Below are positions 50,341 to 60,896 of a DNA stretch of 64,000 nt, piece after piece (within the stretch, counting starts at the first letter, position 1; every line of letters begins with the position of its first letter). The stretch comes from an archaeon UBA583 (GTDB lineage: Archaea > Nanobdellota > Nanobdellia > Woesearchaeales > UBA583): positions 34,692 through 98,691 of the forward strand of contig DAXK01000025.1 of assembly GCA_002506365.1 (NCBI GenBank). Direction: 5' to 3'. The notes under the pieces are model-generated. The model searched no databases and was not told the DNA's origin. It saw nothing but the letters and a program-made list of their open reading frames with translations. The translations under genes were made by a program, and so were the position numbers.

Positions 50341-52536
50341 ATGTTTAACCAATTAAAAAAATCTAATATTTCTAAAAAAACAAAAAAAAACCAATTAGAT
50401 TCATTATTTTACCCTAAATCCATCGCAGTAATTGGAGCATCCAATGATATATCTAAAATTGGTGGATTCATATTTAAGCAAATTAAAAATAAAGCAAAAC
50501 ACATAATTCCACTCCCAATTAATCCAACATCACTAAAAGTTCAAAATATTGATGCTTATCAAAATATTCTAGCAATCCCACACAACCAAGAACCTGAATT
50601 AATTATCATTGCAATCCCTAAAAAATTTATTCTACAAACATTAGAACAAATTACTCAAACAAAAACAAAAAATATTGTAATTATTACAGCAGGATTTAAA
50701 GAAACTGGGAAACAAGGTAAAGAAGATGAAGATAAAATAAAACAAATCATCAAACAAAATAATTTAAATTTAATTGGTCCAAATTGTTTAGGATTTTTAA
50801 ATCCAGAAATTAACCTTAACTGTTCTTTTGCTAAAGATATACCACATTCAGGAGATATTGCTTTAATTTCACAATCTGGCGCAGTTATTGATGCAATTAT
50901 TGATTGGAGTTTTGAAAAAAGAATTGGATTCTCAAAAATTGTATCTCTAGGAAATATGGCAGGATTAGATGAATTAGAGATATTAAAATATTTAAAAAAT
51001 GATAAACAAACTAAATCAATTGTATTTTATATGGAAACATTAGAAAAAGGAAAAGAATTTGGAAAACTATTAAAACAAATTTCAAAAACAAAACCAGTAA
51101 TCATTATTAAACCTGGTAACTCACAAAATGCTAAAAAAGCAATTGGTAGTCACACAGGATCATTAGCTCAAAATTCAACACTTTCACAAACATTAATTAA
51201 AGAAAATAATGGTATTTTAGTTGATAATTTAAACGAATTATTTAATATTTTAATTGGAATAAATAATATTGATAAAATTAAACAAACTAATGATATTGAA
51301 CAAATAAATAATACTATAATTTTAACAAATGCGGGAGGACCTGGAGTAATTGCAACAGACGAATTAGAAAATTCAAATTTAAAATTATACTCTCTAACTC
51401 AAAAACAAAAACAAAATATACAAAAAAACCTACCGTCTCAAGCAAGTATAAATAATCCTATTGATATAATTGGAGATGCTAAATCTGACAGATACACAAA
51501 TACACTAAAAGAATTAATAAAAATTAAAGATTTAAATAATATTATCATTTTATTAACTCCTCAAATTATGACTGATTGTGAAAATATTGCTAAATCAATA
51601 ATTGACATATCAAAAAAAACTAACATAAATATTATGGTATCATTTTTAGGAAATAAACAAGTAAAACATTCTAAATTATTATTTAATAATTCAAATTTCC
51701 CTGAATTCGACACACCAAACGACATCATTACAACTCTTAACAAATTAATTAATTATAAATCTTATAATTATTTAGATTCAAACATTGAAAATAAAAAACT
51801 TAAATTTGATGAGAAAAAAATTAAAAATATTCAATCAAAATTAAAAAATAAACAAGGATTACTAGATCAAGAATTAACTAATCAAATTTTAAAAACATTA
51901 AATATAACCCCATTTAATAAACAATTCATTAAATCAGAACAAGACATATTTAAACTTAAAATTGATCCAAAATTAACTTATGTAATAAAAGCTGACGCTA
52001 AAGAATTAATCCATAAAAAAGAATTTAATGCAATTAAATTAAATATTAATTCAACTAACTATAAAGATGAAATAAATTTAATGATTAAAGAAATTTCGAA
52101 AACTTTGACAAATATTTCATCTGACAACAACTTAGATATCTCCAATTCATTAATATCAAAACAATTTACAATCACAATAGAAGAACAAATAAAAGGAATT
52201 GAAACTATTGTAGGACTTAAGCAAGATGAAAGCCTAGGAAATTTTATTATGTTTGGTATGGGTGGAACTTATGTATCCATATTTAATGATGTAAACTTTA
52301 GTCAAACTCCCCTTACAAAAACTAAAACTAAACAACTAATTCAAAAATCAAAAGTTTCAAAATTATTAAATGGTTACCGTGGAGATAAACCTGTAAATAT
52401 TAAAGCTTTAGAAAATACAATTCAAAATATTTCATACATTCAAGAAATTTATCCAATGATTAAAGAAGTAGATTTTAATCCAATTATTTGTAATGAACAT
52501 GATTGTTATTTAGTAGATGTAAAATTAATATTATAA
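50341..52536 (+). CDS. acd: Acetate--CoA ligase (ADP-forming), fused alpha-beta
   Basis: PKSIAVIGAS, GPNCLG, SQSGA, SHTGSLA, TNAGGPG, NPIDIIGDA, MFGMGG, DFNP. Confidence 0.93.
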   Translation: MFNQLKKSNISKKTKKNQLDSLFYPKSIAVIGASNDISKIGGFIFKQIKNKAKHIIPLPINPTSLKVQNIDAYQNILAIPHNQEPELIIIAIPKKFILQTLEQITQTKTKNIVIITAGFKETGKQGKEDEDKIKQIIKQNNLNLIGPNCLGFLNPEINLNCSFAKDIPHSGDIALISQSGAVIDAIIDWSFEKRIGFSKIVSLGNMAGLDELEILKYLKNDKQTKSIVFYMETLEKGKEFGKLLKQISKTKPVIIIKPGNSQNAKKAIGSHTGSLAQNSTLSQTLIKENNGILVDNLNELFNILIGINNIDKIKQTNDIEQINNTIILTNAGGPGVIATDELENSNLKLYSLTQKQKQNIQKNLPSQASINNPIDIIGDAKSDRYTNTLKELIKIKDLNNIIILLTPQIMTDCENIAKSIIDISKKTNINIMVSFLGNKQVKHSKLLFNNSNFPEFDTPNDIITTLNKLINYKSYNYLDSNIENKKLKFDEKKIKNIQSKLKNKQGLLDQELTNQILKTLNITPFNKQFIKSEQDIFKLKIDPKLTYVIKADAKELIHKKEFNAIKLNINSTNYKDEINLMIKEISKTLTNISSDNNLDISNSLISKQFTITIEEQIKGIETIVGLKQDESLGNFIMFGMGGTYVSIFNDVNFSQTPLTKTKTKQLIQKSKVSKLLNGYRGDKPVNIKALENTIQNISYIQEIYPMIKEVDFNPIICNEHDCYLVDVKLIL

Positions 52537-52561
52537 GATAATATTCCACCAAACAATAACA

Positions 52562-54304
52562 TTACCAAAATAAAATTAAAGGGATTATAAATAATAAAAC
52601 GCCAACAAATACAAAATAAATTGAAGTTTCAATAAAATTTATATTTTTATTTGAGTATACAACATCATTTGAATTTAAAGTTAATAATGATAATTCTTTT
52701 TGTTCTAAATCCGTTTTTTTCTTTTTAACTTTTATTTCTTTTTTAATTACATCATTTGATAAAATATTAAAATTTGAAATGCTATCATTTATTAATTTTG
52801 GAATATATTCTTTACTAAAATTAAAACTAACCGATTCATAATTAAAATTCTTTAATTCTATTTTTTTATATTTACACAACAATTTTAAATTTTCAAAATT
52901 AGAGAATTTATTTACATCAATATCCAAACTATTTACTCCTATCGAAACATTTACAATATTACTAACTTTTGTCCTAACCTTATTCACATAACAATAACTT
53001 TCCAAATTTACTATATTCGAACTAATATTAAAATATATTTTATTTAAATCAATATTAAAATTTGAAATCTTGTAAAATTGATTAACTTTTTTAGTCAAAT
53101 TAATATATTTTACATTTTTTAGACCATTTTCACCAAATACACTAACATTAGTTATAAAATTATATCTCTTATTAACATCCAACCCCACAACTTTTAAATA
53201 ATCATATTTTAAATCTGAATTACCAATATATACTCTTCCTGACAAATTTTCAAATTCATCTAATCTTTGTTTTAAAATTATTTTTGAATTTAAATAAAAA
53301 TTAACTACTGACTTTCGATTATCCCCCCTATAAATTTCATAATCTAAATAATCCTCGGACCCATTAACTAATGAATTTATATTTAATAACTTAACATAAG
53401 ACTCTTTAACTAAATCATCACCATTTGAAATTTGACTATTTTGAGTTTTAACAATTGTATTTGTTTTTACATAATCTGAATAATAATAAACATATTTTTC
53501 AGATTGAATTGAACAATTTAAAAAATTTAATTCCCCTAAAATTTTTAAAATCTGCGTAGAACCTTTAGGAGTGTAATATTTCCAACCAAAACTAGTTGTA
53601 TTTCTCATACCTTTAACATAATTTCCTTTAAAATTTTCAATCCAATAATTTACTAAATAATTTCCACTCGAATAATTTGAACTAAACTTAAACTTTAATT
53701 TATCTTCAAATATATCATCATTCACTACAATATCAAAATTATAATTTCCACAAGAAATATTTTCATTTGATTTTTCATCTGGAAGTATGTCTGAACTTTT
53801 ATTAAATAATATATTTGGCCCACAAATAGATTTAGATGATTTTACCCACGTATTATTTATAAAAATTAAACTTTCAAAATCTTTAAAATTAAAAGTATTA
53901 TCTTCAATATTAGACAAATTAAAACTTAAATTTCCAATTAAAAAACTCTCTCCGCTTGATTTAAGACCTCCATTTGAGACCTGAGACTTATCAGTTTTAT
54001 AGATAGAACAATTCAATAAATCTACGCCCACATAATTTTTAACAAAATTATTTCCAACTACTAAATAATAATTTGAACCATTAACAAATTTTAATAATTC
54101 TAAACTATTATTTTTTAAAGATTCATCAATAATAACCTCCTTTGATAAATTCAAAAAAGAATCTGAATAAATTTCAACATACTCATCCCCAATAAAATTA
54201 ACCTCAGAAATATAACTAACATTAGAAAAACATAATATTACATTAAATAATAAATTAAAAAATAAAACTAGAATAAAATATAACTTTCTTTGAAAATTAA
54301 ACAT
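52562..54304 (-). CDS. Surface protein with lamin-tail-like N-terminal domain and C-terminal TM anchor
   Basis: Signal peptide, YISEVNF..DEYVEIY, GGLKSSGE, terminal hydrophobic helix. Confidence 0.7.
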   Translation of the reverse strand: MFNFQRKLYFILVLFFNLLFNVILCFSNVSYISEVNFIGDEYVEIYSDSFLNLSKEVIIDESLKNNSLELLKFVNGSNYYLVVGNNFVKNYVGVDLLNCSIYKTDKSQVSNGGLKSSGESFLIGNLSFNLSNIEDNTFNFKDFESLIFINNTWVKSSKSICGPNILFNKSSDILPDEKSNENISCGNYNFDIVVNDDIFEDKLKFKFSSNYSSGNYLVNYWIENFKGNYVKGMRNTTSFGWKYYTPKGSTQILKILGELNFLNCSIQSEKYVYYYSDYVKTNTIVKTQNSQISNGDDLVKESYVKLLNINSLVNGSEDYLDYEIYRGDNRKSVVNFYLNSKIILKQRLDEFENLSGRVYIGNSDLKYDYLKVVGLDVNKRYNFITNVSVFGENGLKNVKYINLTKKVNQFYKISNFNIDLNKIYFNISSNIVNLESYCYVNKVRTKVSNIVNVSIGVNSLDIDVNKFSNFENLKLLCKYKKIELKNFNYESVSFNFSKEYIPKLINDSISNFNILSNDVIKKEIKVKKKKTDLEQKELSLLTLNSNDVVYSNKNINFIETSIYFVFVGVLLFIIPLILFW

Positions 54305-54356
54305 ATAAATTATATTAATTTAAACTTAATAAAATCTATATTTAAAATTGAAACTT

Positions 54357-55745
54357 TTATTTATTTAAAGTCTCAATAATTCTCATCCCTGAAAACATTT
54401 TATCTTCACAAAATTTATCAGAAATTACTTGAATTCCAACAGCAACCTTATCACCGTCATAATCAATAACAGCACCATTAACAACACCACCACAAACTCC
54501 AGCCAAATTTAAAGGTGTTGTAAAAGCATCATACGCATACATTGCTTCAACTGAAACATCTGAACCAATTTTATGAGGTAACATTGGAGTTACAGGAGTT
54601 AAAATACAATCTACATTCTCAAACGCTTTTGAAAATTCTTCAGCAATCATTTCCTTAACCTTTAATGCTTTTTTATAATAAGCCCCATCAAATTCAGATT
54701 GAGTAATAGCTTGACCCCCATAAATACGTCGTAAAACTTCCTCACCAGCCGTATCTTCAATTTTTTCACCATACTTAACACCATCAAATTTACGAGTTCC
54801 AGAATAAAATTCAGCGTAAACAATAGGATAATAAGCTTGAACAGCTAATTCAATATTATTAACTGAAACCTCAACAACCTCATAACCTTCCGTTTTTAAT
54901 TTTTCAATATTTGAATTAAATACTTGACTTATCTCATTATCAGAAATCATATCAACAAATTCTTTAATAATTCCAAATTTAGGTTTAAAAGATTCTTTTT
55001 TTTCCACATATGATAAAATATCTCTATCAAAAGTTGTTGCATCGTTACTAGATAACCCTGAAATCACTTCCATACATAAAGCAGACCCATAAACATCTTT
55101 TGAGAAAGGTCCAATTTGATCTAAACTCATAGATAAATCTACTAAACCATATCTAGACACTCTTCCAAATGATGGTTTAACTCCCACAACATTACAATGA
55201 GACGCTGGATTACGAATACTTCCACCAGTATCACTCCCTAAACTGATATCACAAAAATCTGCTGCCACAGCTGCTGCAGACCCACTAGAAGACCCTCCTG
55301 GAACTCTTCCAACACTAAAAGGATTATCTGTAGCTCCAAAAGCACTTGTTTCACCACTTGCACCATTAGCAAATTCATCATTATTTACATTACCCAATAT
55401 AATTCCACCTTCTGCCACAATATTTTTAATAACATCAGCATCAAATGACCCTTTATAGTTCTCTAAAGTCTTTGAAGCGCAAGATACAATCATATCTGTA
55501 ACAGAGATGTTAGATTTAACTAAAAAACATAAACCAAATAATTTACCTAAATTATCCCCATTTTCCCTTTTTTTATCTAAATCTGCTGCAATTTCAAGAA
55601 CATTATTACTTTTTTCTAAAACAATATTAAATTTACTATTATTTTTCTCAATTTCTGCTAAAAAACTTTTAGCATTATCAACACAAGTCAATTCTCCGCT
55701 TTTTAAAAGCTCAATTTTAGACTTAATATCAGTATTATTAACCAT
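54357..55745 (-). CDS. gatA: Asp/Glu-tRNA amidotransferase subunit A (amidase family)
   Basis: VKSNI, GGSSSGSAAAV, GSDTGGSIRNPAS, SRYGL, EVLRRI; start 55745 or 55754. Confidence 0.93.
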   Translation of the reverse strand: MVNNTDIKSKIELLKSGELTCVDNAKSFLAEIEKNNSKFNIVLEKSNNVLEIAADLDKKRENGDNLGKLFGLCFLVKSNISVTDMIVSCASKTLENYKGSFDADVIKNIVAEGGIILGNVNNDEFANGASGETSAFGATDNPFSVGRVPGGSSSGSAAAVAADFCDISLGSDTGGSIRNPASHCNVVGVKPSFGRVSRYGLVDLSMSLDQIGPFSKDVYGSALCMEVISGLSSNDATTFDRDILSYVEKKESFKPKFGIIKEFVDMISDNEISQVFNSNIEKLKTEGYEVVEVSVNNIELAVQAYYPIVYAEFYSGTRKFDGVKYGEKIEDTAGEEVLRRIYGGQAITQSEFDGAYYKKALKVKEMIAEEFSKAFENVDCILTPVTPMLPHKIGSDVSVEAMYAYDAFTTPLNLAGVCGGVVNGAVIDYDGDKVAVGIQVISDKFCEDKMFSGMRIIETLNK

Positions 55746-55774
55746 AATTAACATAATTTAAACCCATATTTAAA

Positions 55775-55858
55775 ACTTTGTCAAATTTTAATTTGACAAT
55801 GGCTTAGATATTGTAAATTTCTTGACTTTGTCAAATTTTAATTTGACAATGGCTCAGA
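55775..55858. repeat. Dispersed hairpin repeat, two near-identical tandem units (50 bp period)
   Basis: ACTTTGTCAAATTTTAATTTGACAATGGCT(T/C)AGA at 55775 and 55825. Confidence 0.9.
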
Positions 55859-55972
55859 AACATTTAATATTATTTAATTTTATGATATTAAAATTTAAAA
55901 TTAAATTAATAGATAAATAAATCATAAACATAATTTAAATTAAATCTCAAAAATATTTCTTAAAAATAATCA

Positions 55973-56196
55973 AAAACTTCTCCTGGAATAAAAAATTATT
56001 AATAAATAAATATGAATGGATATGTTTTTATTTTAGACAAAAAAAGATTAATCAAAAATTTAAGATATATTTAATCTTAAATTTAAAAATTAGTTAAAAC
56101 TTCGTATGGAAATATCAGATACCATAAAAATAACTCTTAAATTTCCTTTAAATTACAATTATTCTAAATTTATAAGCTAATATTTCGTTTGGAAAA
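55973..56196 (+). promoter_or_regulatory. Three mini-ORB-like boxes in an AT-rich intergenic region (candidate Orc1/Cdc6 sites)
   Basis: TTCTCCTGGAAT (55978), TTCGTATGGAAA (56101), TTCGTTTGGAAA (56184) versus ORB core TTCCAGTGGAAA. Confidence 0.4.
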
Positions 56197-56382
56197 AAAT
56201 AATGAATTAAATTTAAAATTAAATTGGATTTATAATGTTTTTAAATATAAAAAAATATGTTTAAACATTAATATTTATGTTAATGATTCTTTGAAATCTC
56301 CAACTAAAAAAATTTGAACATCCTATAAATTTTAAATTTAATAATAACAAATATTTTTAAAAAAACTAAAACTAAAAATTCT

Positions 56383-58698
56383 ATGACTAATAACCAATTC
56401 TTGTATCAAATTGATAAAAAAGAAACAAAAGATAACATTATTCTAACTAAATACTTTGTAGATGATAAATTCGACACAATTACTCAAAATGTTGAAATTC
56501 CTTATCAAATCTTAGCTAATAAGGATGATTTTAACAAATTAAATATAAATGCTGATAATATTATAGTAACACCTGCAAAATTAACGGACATAGATAACAA
56601 TGATGTAATCAAAATTCACGCTAATAGTAAAGAACTTTATGATTTTATCCTCTCTGAGCTAAAAGACATCAATTCTAAGGTATATGAACACGATTTGCCT
56701 ATTGAACATAAATATCTTATTGAAAATGATTTATCATTAGTTTCAAATAACAACTTTAAACCTACTTTAAAATATTTATCTGTTGATATTGAAACAATTG
56801 GACAAAAAGACGCCCAAGAAATAATAATGATTAGTTCTTTTAGTCAATTAGATAAAAAAATGTCTAAAGTTTATTGTGATATGAGTAAAATTACTAACTC
56901 AAAGCTATCAGAAGTTGAGAACCATAAATTTAAAGAATTTGAACTTGTTAAATGTGAAAATGAAGAAGATTTACTAATTAAATTTCAAAATGATTGTATA
57001 GAATTCTCTCCACAACTCCTAATCGGTTGGAATGTTATTGATTTTGATTTTAATATTATTAAACAACGTTTAAACACATTTGGTTTAGACTTTAAACTCT
57101 CTAAATTTACTGGAAATTGTAAATTAAGGCTCACAAATGATTTTTTTAGCCAGTCGACTATGACTTGTCCAGGAATTTTAGTTTTTGATATAATTCATGT
57201 ATTAAAAAAAAACTTCTACGAATTTGAAGATTTTAAACTAGATACTGTGGCAAAAGCAGTTTTAGGAGATAATAAAATTGACATTGAAGATGATTCTGCT
57301 CCAGACTCAATTGAAAATAAAATTCAAGCTATTGAAAATATGTTCAAAAAAGATCCTATAAAATTAATTGAATATAATTTTAAAGATTCATTACTTGTAT
57401 CAGAAATTGTTGAAAAACTTCACCTATTAGATTTAGTTTACAAAAGATCCATCTTAACCGGAACTCCTCTTGCTAAAGTAAAATCTCCTATAGCTACATT
57501 AGATATTATGTATCTAAAAGAACTTCATAAACAAAATAAAGTTGCAAACACAAACTGGAACTTTCAAAAATCACAACCAATTGAAGGAGCATTTGTAGTT
57601 GAACCAACTCAAGGATTTTATGAAGATGTTATGGTTCTCGACTTTAAATCATTATATCCTTCAGTTATGATGACATTTAATATTGACCCATTTACTCAAA
57701 ACAAAGGAACTCAAATCAAAGCTCCAAACGGTGCCACATTTTCAAATGAACCTGGAATTTTACCTAAACTAATATTAAAACTGTACAAAGAAAGAGATAT
57801 TGCAAAACAAGAAAAAGATGCTAATAAATCTCAAGCTCTTAAAATTACAATGAACTCATTCTACGGTGCTATGGCATCACCTAAATCAAGATATCACAAC
57901 TCCGAATTAGGTGAATCAATTACAGCTTTTGCAAGACACATTACAAAAACTGCAATTACAGTAACTGAAGATTTAGGACATAAAGTTGTATATGGAGATA
58001 CTGATTCCATTTTTGTAAAATTAAAAGACTTATCTCCAAAAGAAAAACTTGAAGTTAAAATTTCCGCTGGAAAAGTTTTAGAAAAAACATTAAACAAATA
58101 TTATGAAAATTGGATTACTAAAGAATTCAGACAAAAAAACTTTTTACAAATTGAATTTGAAAAAATGTATTCTAAATTTTTTATTGCAAGTAAAAAAAGA
58201 TATGTTGGATACGATGAATTTACTAAAAAAACACAATTTGTTGGAATGCAAGCAATTAGAGGTGACTGGACTGATATGGCAAAAGAATTCCAAATTAAAT
58301 TAATTAAATTAATATTTGATAATAAATCACATCAAGAAATTGAAAAATTCCTTTTAGACGAAATTTCAGACATTAAAAAAGGTTTATTTGATGACAAACT
58401 AATCTATACTAAAAAGATTGCTAAACCGCTCTCTGAATATACTAAAATCACTCCTCCTCACGTTAAAGCAGCTAAAGAAGTTCAAGGATTTTCAGGAAGA
58501 GTTGTAAAATACTATTTAACAAAAAATGGACCTAAACATATTTCACTTTTTGATATTAAAAAAGATGAATTGGACTATGACCACTATATTGAAAAACAAC
58601 TAAAAGGAGTCTCAGAAGAAATATTAAATTGTATTGGAATTAAATTTGATGAAGTAGTATTTAAGAAAAAACAAAAATCTCTTTCATCTTTTTTCTAA
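56383..58698 (+). CDS. polB: Family B DNA polymerase
   Basis: Exo motifs VDIET, GWN..FDF, YNFKD; polymerase motifs DFKSLYPS, KITMNSFYG, YGDTDS, KKRY; PIP box QKSLSSFF. Confidence 0.96.
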   Translation: MTNNQFLYQIDKKETKDNIILTKYFVDDKFDTITQNVEIPYQILANKDDFNKLNINADNIIVTPAKLTDIDNNDVIKIHANSKELYDFILSELKDINSKVYEHDLPIEHKYLIENDLSLVSNNNFKPTLKYLSVDIETIGQKDAQEIIMISSFSQLDKKMSKVYCDMSKITNSKLSEVENHKFKEFELVKCENEEDLLIKFQNDCIEFSPQLLIGWNVIDFDFNIIKQRLNTFGLDFKLSKFTGNCKLRLTNDFFSQSTMTCPGILVFDIIHVLKKNFYEFEDFKLDTVAKAVLGDNKIDIEDDSAPDSIENKIQAIENMFKKDPIKLIEYNFKDSLLVSEIVEKLHLLDLVYKRSILTGTPLAKVKSPIATLDIMYLKELHKQNKVANTNWNFQKSQPIEGAFVVEPTQGFYEDVMVLDFKSLYPSVMMTFNIDPFTQNKGTQIKAPNGATFSNEPGILPKLILKLYKERDIAKQEKDANKSQALKITMNSFYGAMASPKSRYHNSELGESITAFARHITKTAITVTEDLGHKVVYGDTDSIFVKLKDLSPKEKLEVKISAGKVLEKTLNKYYENWITKEFRQKNFLQIEFEKMYSKFFIASKKRYVGYDEFTKKTQFVGMQAIRGDWTDMAKEFQIKLIKLIFDNKSHQEIEKFLLDEISDIKKGLFDDKLIYTKKIAKPLSEYTKITPPHVKAAKEVQGFSGRVVKYYLTKNGPKHISLFDIKKDELDYDHYIEKQLKGVSEEILNCIGIKFDEVVFKKKQKSLSSFF

Positions 58699-58784
58699 AT
58701 AATATTTATATTTTGGTAATCAAATATAGCTAAAGCATTCTTTCAGAAAAAAAGTAAAAAAATAAACCAAAATGATAAAAACTA

Positions 58785-59432
58785 TTAATCTTTTTTATGT
58801 TCCTTTCTCATAAAATCCATCATACTATCATGAGAACTAGAATCCATCTTTTCACTTTTTAAACTCTCAAGTTCCTCACGCACATCAGTATACTCTTCTG
58901 GAGCAATCTTTGTAAATAAAGAAATAATTACATCATTATCAAAAATCCCACAATCGACACATCTATTCGCAAACCTCTCAATTTCAACCTTTTCATCAAA
59001 GCCAATCCGCACAATAAACCTCTTTAAAAAATCAATCGTAATTAAAGACAAATATCCTCCTGCTACCTCATACGCTTGTTTTTTATTTTCAAAATCATAT
59101 CTCTCAATCTCAAAAATATCAATTAAATAAGAAATAAAATCTTCTAAAATAACTCCAAACTCACTATTTAATCTATAATCTAAATACTCATCTGAGCTAA
59201 GCCTTAAAAATTCTTTAAAAGATGTAAATTTAACCATACTCATTGGAATAATTTTACCACAATAAATATCTTTTTTAACGGAATATTTACCCCTATTACG
59301 AGCTCCAGAACCATCTCCTAATTTCTTTGGTTTACGCTTTAAAGTTCGCCCATCTCTAACATAAATAGTCTCCCTCAAATACAAATATCCTCTAGATTCA
59401 GGCTTTTTAGTATTTTTTTTTTCCCACAACAT
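58785..59432 (-). CDS. Hypothetical protein with basic N-terminal putative nucleic-acid-binding domain
   Basis: GYLYLRET...K..YCGK basic beta-rich N-terminus and acidic C-terminus. Confidence 0.75.
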   Translation of the reverse strand: MLWEKKNTKKPESRGYLYLRETIYVRDGRTLKRKPKKLGDGSGARNRGKYSVKKDIYCGKIIPMSMVKFTSFKEFLRLSSDEYLDYRLNSEFGVILEDFISYLIDIFEIERYDFENKKQAYEVAGGYLSLITIDFLKRFIVRIGFDEKVEIERFANRCVDCGIFDNDVIISLFTKIAPEEYTDVREELESLKSEKMDSSSHDSMMDFMRKEHKKD

Positions 59433-59597
59433 AAATTAAAAATAAATTTATCTTATATAAACTTTACCCACCTGTAAATAAAACATTCTTTATTCATCTT
59501 AATTAGTGAATAAATAATGTTTCACCAACTCTTGTATTGATGTGAAATTCAATTTACAAATACATTGGATTTAAATGAAAAATAAATTGATATTTTT

Positions 59598-60035
59598 TCA
59601 ATAAAATCTATCAATAAATGGTTTAATTTTATCTTTACACTTCTCAATCGAAAATACAAACTCATATTCATTAATCTCATCAATTCCTATCCACTCATAC
59701 CCTAAATGTTCAGATGATAAAACTGGTTTTCCTTTTTCAAATTCATAATTATCACAAAAAGATAAACCAAAAATAAAAGTAAATTCAGGTTTATTAGATG
59801 GATTAGCATAGTAATTAATTGTATGAATTTCATTTAAATTAATTCCTAATTCTTCAACCCCTTCTCGTTTTAAACCATCAATTGAATCCTCTCCAAAATC
59901 ATAACTCCCTCCAACAAAATCCCATAAATTAGCACTTTCAGATTTATAATCAGATCTTTTTAAAATTAAAATTTTTTTAGTTTCTTTATTATAAACAACA
60001 CACTTTTGAGCAAAATAAACATTCTTTAAAGCCAT
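59598..60035 (-). CDS. Nudix hydrolase
   Basis: WDFVGGSYDFGE...REGVEELG, LSSEH..YEW. Confidence 0.9.
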   Translation of the reverse strand: MALKNVYFAQKCVVYNKETKKILILKRSDYKSESANLWDFVGGSYDFGEDSIDGLKREGVEELGINLNEIHTINYYANPSNKPEFTFIFGLSFCDNYEFEKGKPVLSSEHLGYEWIGIDEINEYEFVFSIEKCKDKIKPFIDRFY

Positions 60036-60097
60036 ATAAAAATAATATAAATAATATCATATTTAAAATTTTATAACTTAACTAATTTAATTAAAAT

Positions 60098-60117
60098 TAC
60101 TCAAAATAATTTGAGTA
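60098..60117. promoter_or_regulatory. Inverted repeat, candidate operator
   Basis: TACTCAAA-ATAA-TTTGAGTA just upstream of TATA-like TTTATAAA (60122) between divergent Nudix genes. Confidence 0.55.
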
Positions 60118-60150
60118 GATATTTATAAATATTAAAATAATAAAAATAAT

Positions 60151-60867
60151 ATGATAAAAGAAAACTCAATTCAAATTGACATACTAAGAAAATTTAAACA
60201 CCACGAAAAATTAAAATATTCTCAAATCCATAACAAACAATTAGCATCAAGTTCTCAATTTGATTACCATTTAAAACAATTAATAATAAACCAATTAATT
60301 GAAAAATCAAAAGATGATTACTACATTTTAACATACAAAGGACTTCAACTAATCTCAGAAATTGATGGGACAGAAATTAAAATTAAAAAAAAACCATTTG
60401 TATGTGGCTTTTTACTAGCATATAATGAAAATGGAGAAATTCTACTAAATATTCGTAAAAAGCAACCTTTTCTTAATTTTTACAATGTTCCAGGTGGAAA
60501 AGTTGATCTTGGTGAAACCACAAAACAATGCGCTATAAGAGAATTTACTGAAGAAACTGGAATAGAATGTAAATCTGTAAAACTTAAAGCAATCTGTGAA
60601 AAATTAAGTTACAATGAAAATGAAGAATTAATTCACCACATTATAGGATATTTCTACACAACAAATAATTCATATGGAACTTTAGTTAAAGAAAATGATG
60701 AAGGGAAAAACGAATGGATAACTTTAAACAAATTAAAAAATAAATTAAAATTCCCCGAATTAGAATACTTAATACCAAAATTAATTGAAAATAATGATAA
60801 TATTTTAATTGAAAATTATAAAAGAATTGTAAAAAATAACATAATGAACTTTGAAATAATAAACTAA
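60151..60867 (+). CDS. Winged-helix + Nudix fusion protein
   Basis: LKYSQI...SSQFDYHLKQL...Y.LTYKG wHTH; PGGKVDLGET...REFTEETG Nudix box. Confidence 0.9.
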   Translation: MIKENSIQIDILRKFKHHEKLKYSQIHNKQLASSSQFDYHLKQLIINQLIEKSKDDYYILTYKGLQLISEIDGTEIKIKKKPFVCGFLLAYNENGEILLNIRKKQPFLNFYNVPGGKVDLGETTKQCAIREFTEETGIECKSVKLKAICEKLSYNENEELIHHIIGYFYTTNNSYGTLVKENDEGKNEWITLNKLKNKLKFPELEYLIPKLIENNDNILIENYKRIVKNNIMNFEIIN

Positions 60868-60896
60868 AAATAAAAATAAATAATAAAAAAGTGGTT

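Noticed and set aside
55775..55858. Two 34-bp direct repeats as a mini CRISPR array
   Set aside because: Only two units, a 16-bp spacer, no cas genes, and the same unit is dispersed elsewhere in the window.
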